This document shows positions 61,666 to 64,000 of a stretch of 64,000 bases of DNA, one piece after another. Both the position numbers and the translations under genes were made by a program. The stretch spans positions 4,576,001-4,640,000 of the forward strand of contig OZ244587.1 of the NCBI GenBank assembly GCA_965218095.1, read 5' to 3'. The notes beneath the pieces were generated by a model, which made no database searches, had not been told where the DNA came from, and worked only from the letters and a program-made list of their open reading frames with translations. Positions within the stretch are counted from its first letter, which is position 1. The number at the start of each line of letters is the position of its first letter. This stretch comes from Candidatus Poribacteria bacterium (lineage in GTDB: Bacteria; Poribacteria; WGA-4E; PCPOR2b).

Positions 61666-62739
61666 CTATTTTTTTACCCTGAGTCCACCATAAAACTCAC
61701 TTTCGCGTCGGCAGAACAGATCAAGGAAATTGTTCGGATAAGGACGGGGCGGCTCACTGACTTCCCTCAATTCACTCACCTCCTCATCGGAGAGCTGAAA
61801 GCTCAACGTTTCGAGAAGGTCTGAGAATTGTTCCAACCGGGAGACGCCCACCAGCGTGACATCGCAGGTCCCTGCCTGAAGCAACCAGCGCGTGGCCACA
61901 TTAGCGATTGTCTTCCCATGTCCTTTGGCAATGCGATCCAGGGCATCTAGCGTCGCCCAATTTCTCTCGACAGCGAGGTTTTTCCAGGAGGAACTCTCGA
62001 CGTCCTCCATTAGTTCAAATCGGCTGTCCGGCGCTGGCTCTTTAGCACCCCGGCGGTACCTGCCCGTCAGGAATCCCTGCGCCAAGGCGCCCCAGACGAT
62101 AATGGAGACGCTCTGGTCCCGACAGGCCGGAATGATGGCGTTCTCAGCGACCCGATCCGCGAGGTTGTACCAGATTTGGTTGGAAACCAGGGGGGTCAAT
62201 CCCTCGAACCTAGCATACGTATTTGCCTTCACAACGTGCCACCCATCCCAGTTGCTGACCCCGATATAGCGAATCTTTCCTGCCCTGACAAAGTCATCCA
62301 GAACCCGCATCGTCTCTTCCACCGGCGTATAGAAATCCCAGACGTGGCACTGGTAGAGATCAATGTAGTCTGTATTGAGTCGCCGCAGGCTGGCTTCGAT
62401 CTGGGTTGCCAGATAGGTACGGGAGAGACCGACACTGTTCGGTCGGACCTCGTCCTCCATCAGCCAGTACCCCTTGGTCTCGATAACGAACCGGTCTCGT
62501 CTACCCTTGACAACCTTTCCAACCATCCGCTCCGAGGTCCCTGCCATGTCGGTGTTCGTGCTGCGGAGTCCCCCGCCGTATAGGTTTGCTGTATCTAACA
62601 GGTTGCCACCGGCATCGTAATACATGTCCACAATTCTCTGGCTTGTTTTTTTATCCAGCGTGGTACCGAAAGGAATTGCCCCCAGACCGATGCGCGACAC
62701 CTGCAATCCAGAATTCCCCAAATGACAGTATTCCATCAT
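61666..62739 (-). CDS. Aldo/keto reductase
   Basis: LGNSGLQVS, DTANLY, SLRRLNTDYIDLYQ, RYIGVSN; RBS GGAGG. Confidence 0.92.
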   Translation of the reverse strand: MMEYCHLGNSGLQVSRIGLGAIPFGTTLDKKTSQRIVDMYYDAGGNLLDTANLYGGGLRSTNTDMAGTSERMVGKVVKGRRDRFVIETKGYWLMEDEVRPNSVGLSRTYLATQIEASLRRLNTDYIDLYQCHVWDFYTPVEETMRVLDDFVRAGKIRYIGVSNWDGWHVVKANTYARFEGLTPLVSNQIWYNLADRVAENAIIPACRDQSVSIIVWGALAQGFLTGRYRRGAKEPAPDSRFELMEDVESSSWKNLAVERNWATLDALDRIAKGHGKTIANVATRWLLQAGTCDVTLVGVSRLEQFSDLLETLSFQLSDEEVSELREVSEPPRPYPNNFLDLFCRRESEFYGGLRVKK

Positions 62740-62878
62740 TTCCTCCCTAAATAAATTGAAATAATAGATAGAAGAATGAAAGGACGGGAAGAGAGTGGTG
62801 GCTTTCTTCCATCTTTCCCTTCCTGATTTTCTTCCGATGCCGAAAAAGAATCGGAATACGACTTTTTCAGTTAGCGAA

Positions 62879-62965
62879 CGCCGGTTGAGTAGCGAAGCGT
62901 ATCGAAACCAAGTGAGCGACATCGGGTGGGTTTCGATACGTCGCAGTGCTCCTACTCGACCAGCG
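62879..62965. repeat. Palindromic repeat GGTTGAGTAGCGAAGCGTATCGAAACC...GGTTTCGATACG..CTACTCGACC
   Basis: Two nested inverted arms. Confidence 0.8.
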
Positions 62966-63076
62966 CAACTCCGCGTCGCCGGTGCTGAGGCAGACAATCT
63001 CAGGGAACGCGGCGTTCCACTTGCTCTCAGGGTCTCAATATACCGTGACGTGCTGAAGCTCATTTACTGTAGCCAT
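62966..63076 (-). pseudogene. N-terminal fragment of a sialidase-like gene
   Basis: RBS AAGGAG; MATVNELQHVTVY*DPESKWNAAFPEIVCLSTGD; ends at the palindrome. Confidence 0.5.
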
Positions 63077-63108
63077 TGGTTTCTCCTTTTCAACGTTAGT
63101 GGTTGTCA

Positions 63109-64000
63109 CTAAGGCGTAAAGGCGCAGCGAAAGCCAATGCCGGAGTTCGTGGTCGTGGGAGCGCGCCCGCCCCGTCTCAGCACGCTCACCTGATCGCCGA
63201 GGGTGCTGAAAAACGCCCCGCCGCGCGTCACACGCCGCGTGTCAACATTTGTGAAATCATCATTCACAAAAGCAACCGGGCCGCCGGCGATTGGGTTGTG
63301 CCTTGGGCTATTTGCGTAGAAGTCCTCCTGATACTCATCCATGCACCACTCGAAGACGTTCCCCGCCATGTCGTGCAAGCCGTAGCCGTTGGGTGGAAAG
63401 CTTCCCACAGGCGCCGTTTGTTCCCACTCATCGTTGCCTTCGACGCCCAGGGTATTGGCGTTACGGACGCGCTCATCCCCCCACGGCAACTTCTTGCCCT
63501 TCAGTTTCCCGCGGGCTGCCTTCTCCCACTCCGCTTCCGTCGGCAGCCGTTTGCCCGACCACTGCGCATACGCGGCGGCGCCGTACCAACTCACTTGAAT
63601 CACCGGATGATCCGCGAACCCCGCCTTCGGGCGGTACTGCCCCCCATCCAATTCTATCAACTCGCTGCCGCCGGCCTCAAGGTTGAACCAGGTCTTGCCA
63701 TCATCCCCCACATGCTTCCCAACCGCATTGAGGAATTTGGCGTACATGGCGTTGGTCACTTCCGTCACGTCAATGTAGAAGTCGTCGAGCTCGACGATGT
63801 GGACCGGGCGTGCGGTGCCGTCGTGGGCTCCATTGAAATGGTCGCCCATCTCAAACTCACCGGCGGGGATTAGCTGCATCGTCGCCCCGTCCGCGTCCCA
63901 GGTGAGCTCCGTCTTCCGCCTGATGGATATCGGCATTGTCTGCTCCGCCGTGACGGGGGGAGAAGTGCTGTTGCGGACCGTGAGCGTGATTGTATATATT
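63109..64000 (-). CDS. FGE-sulfatase (SUMF1) domain protein; frame open to the window edge
   Basis: IPAGEFEMG, RLPTEAEWEKAARG, DMAGNVFEW, GFRCA; upstream YTITLTV (PKD-like). Confidence 0.9.
   Translation of the reverse strand, partial: IYTITLTVRNSTSPPVTAEQTMPISIRRKTELTWDADGATMQLIPAGEFEMGDHFNGAHDGTARPVHIVELDDFYIDVTEVTNAMYAKFLNAVGKHVGDDGKTWFNLEAGGSELIELDGGQYRPKAGFADHPVIQVSWYGAAAYAQWSGKRLPTEAEWEKAARGKLKGKKLPWGDERVRNANTLGVEGNDEWEQTAPVGSFPPNGYGLHDMAGNVFEWCMDEYQEDFYANSPRHNPIAGGPVAFVNDDFTNVDTRRVTRGGAFFSTLGDQVSVLRRGGRAPTTTNSGIGFRCAFTP

Noticed and set aside
63109-63260. FGE-sulfatase C-terminus as a DGR variable region
   Set aside because: No adenine-variant template repeat or reverse transcriptase seen in the window; cannot exclude one beyond 64000

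Overview
Bacterial chromosomal window, probably Candidatus Poribacteria or a similar host-associated lineage. This is inferred from four PhyH dioxygenase loci, BNR/YCF48/TolB propellers, DUF4838, an FGE-sulfatase protein and a C-terminal 'GKWATRWGRLK' motif. Housekeeping genes are clpP, tig, a tRNA operon, smpB-ssrA, truA, dprA and valS. These are interleaved with catabolic enzymes, a two-PspA membrane-stress locus, many IS elements (IS982, IS1595, IS3, three IS5), MITEs, REP-like palindromes, a group II intron relic and about 15 pseudogenes. Most unusual signals: (1) an IS1595 element whose right half is a convergently promoted, hairpin-punctuated cargo array, with one cassette bounded by a duplicated copy of the transposase 3' end; (2) an Arg-type tRNA body with a UCA (opal) anticodon, plus a Pro-like pseudo-tRNA with an extended anticodon arm; (3) IS5 copies whose programmed -1 frameshift is hard-wired by a 16-bp duplication; (4) recurrent 12-18-bp tandem duplications and C>T nonsense mutations; (5) a decayed UxxC selenoprotein gene. 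All calls come from visual inspection and motif recall; no database searches were run.
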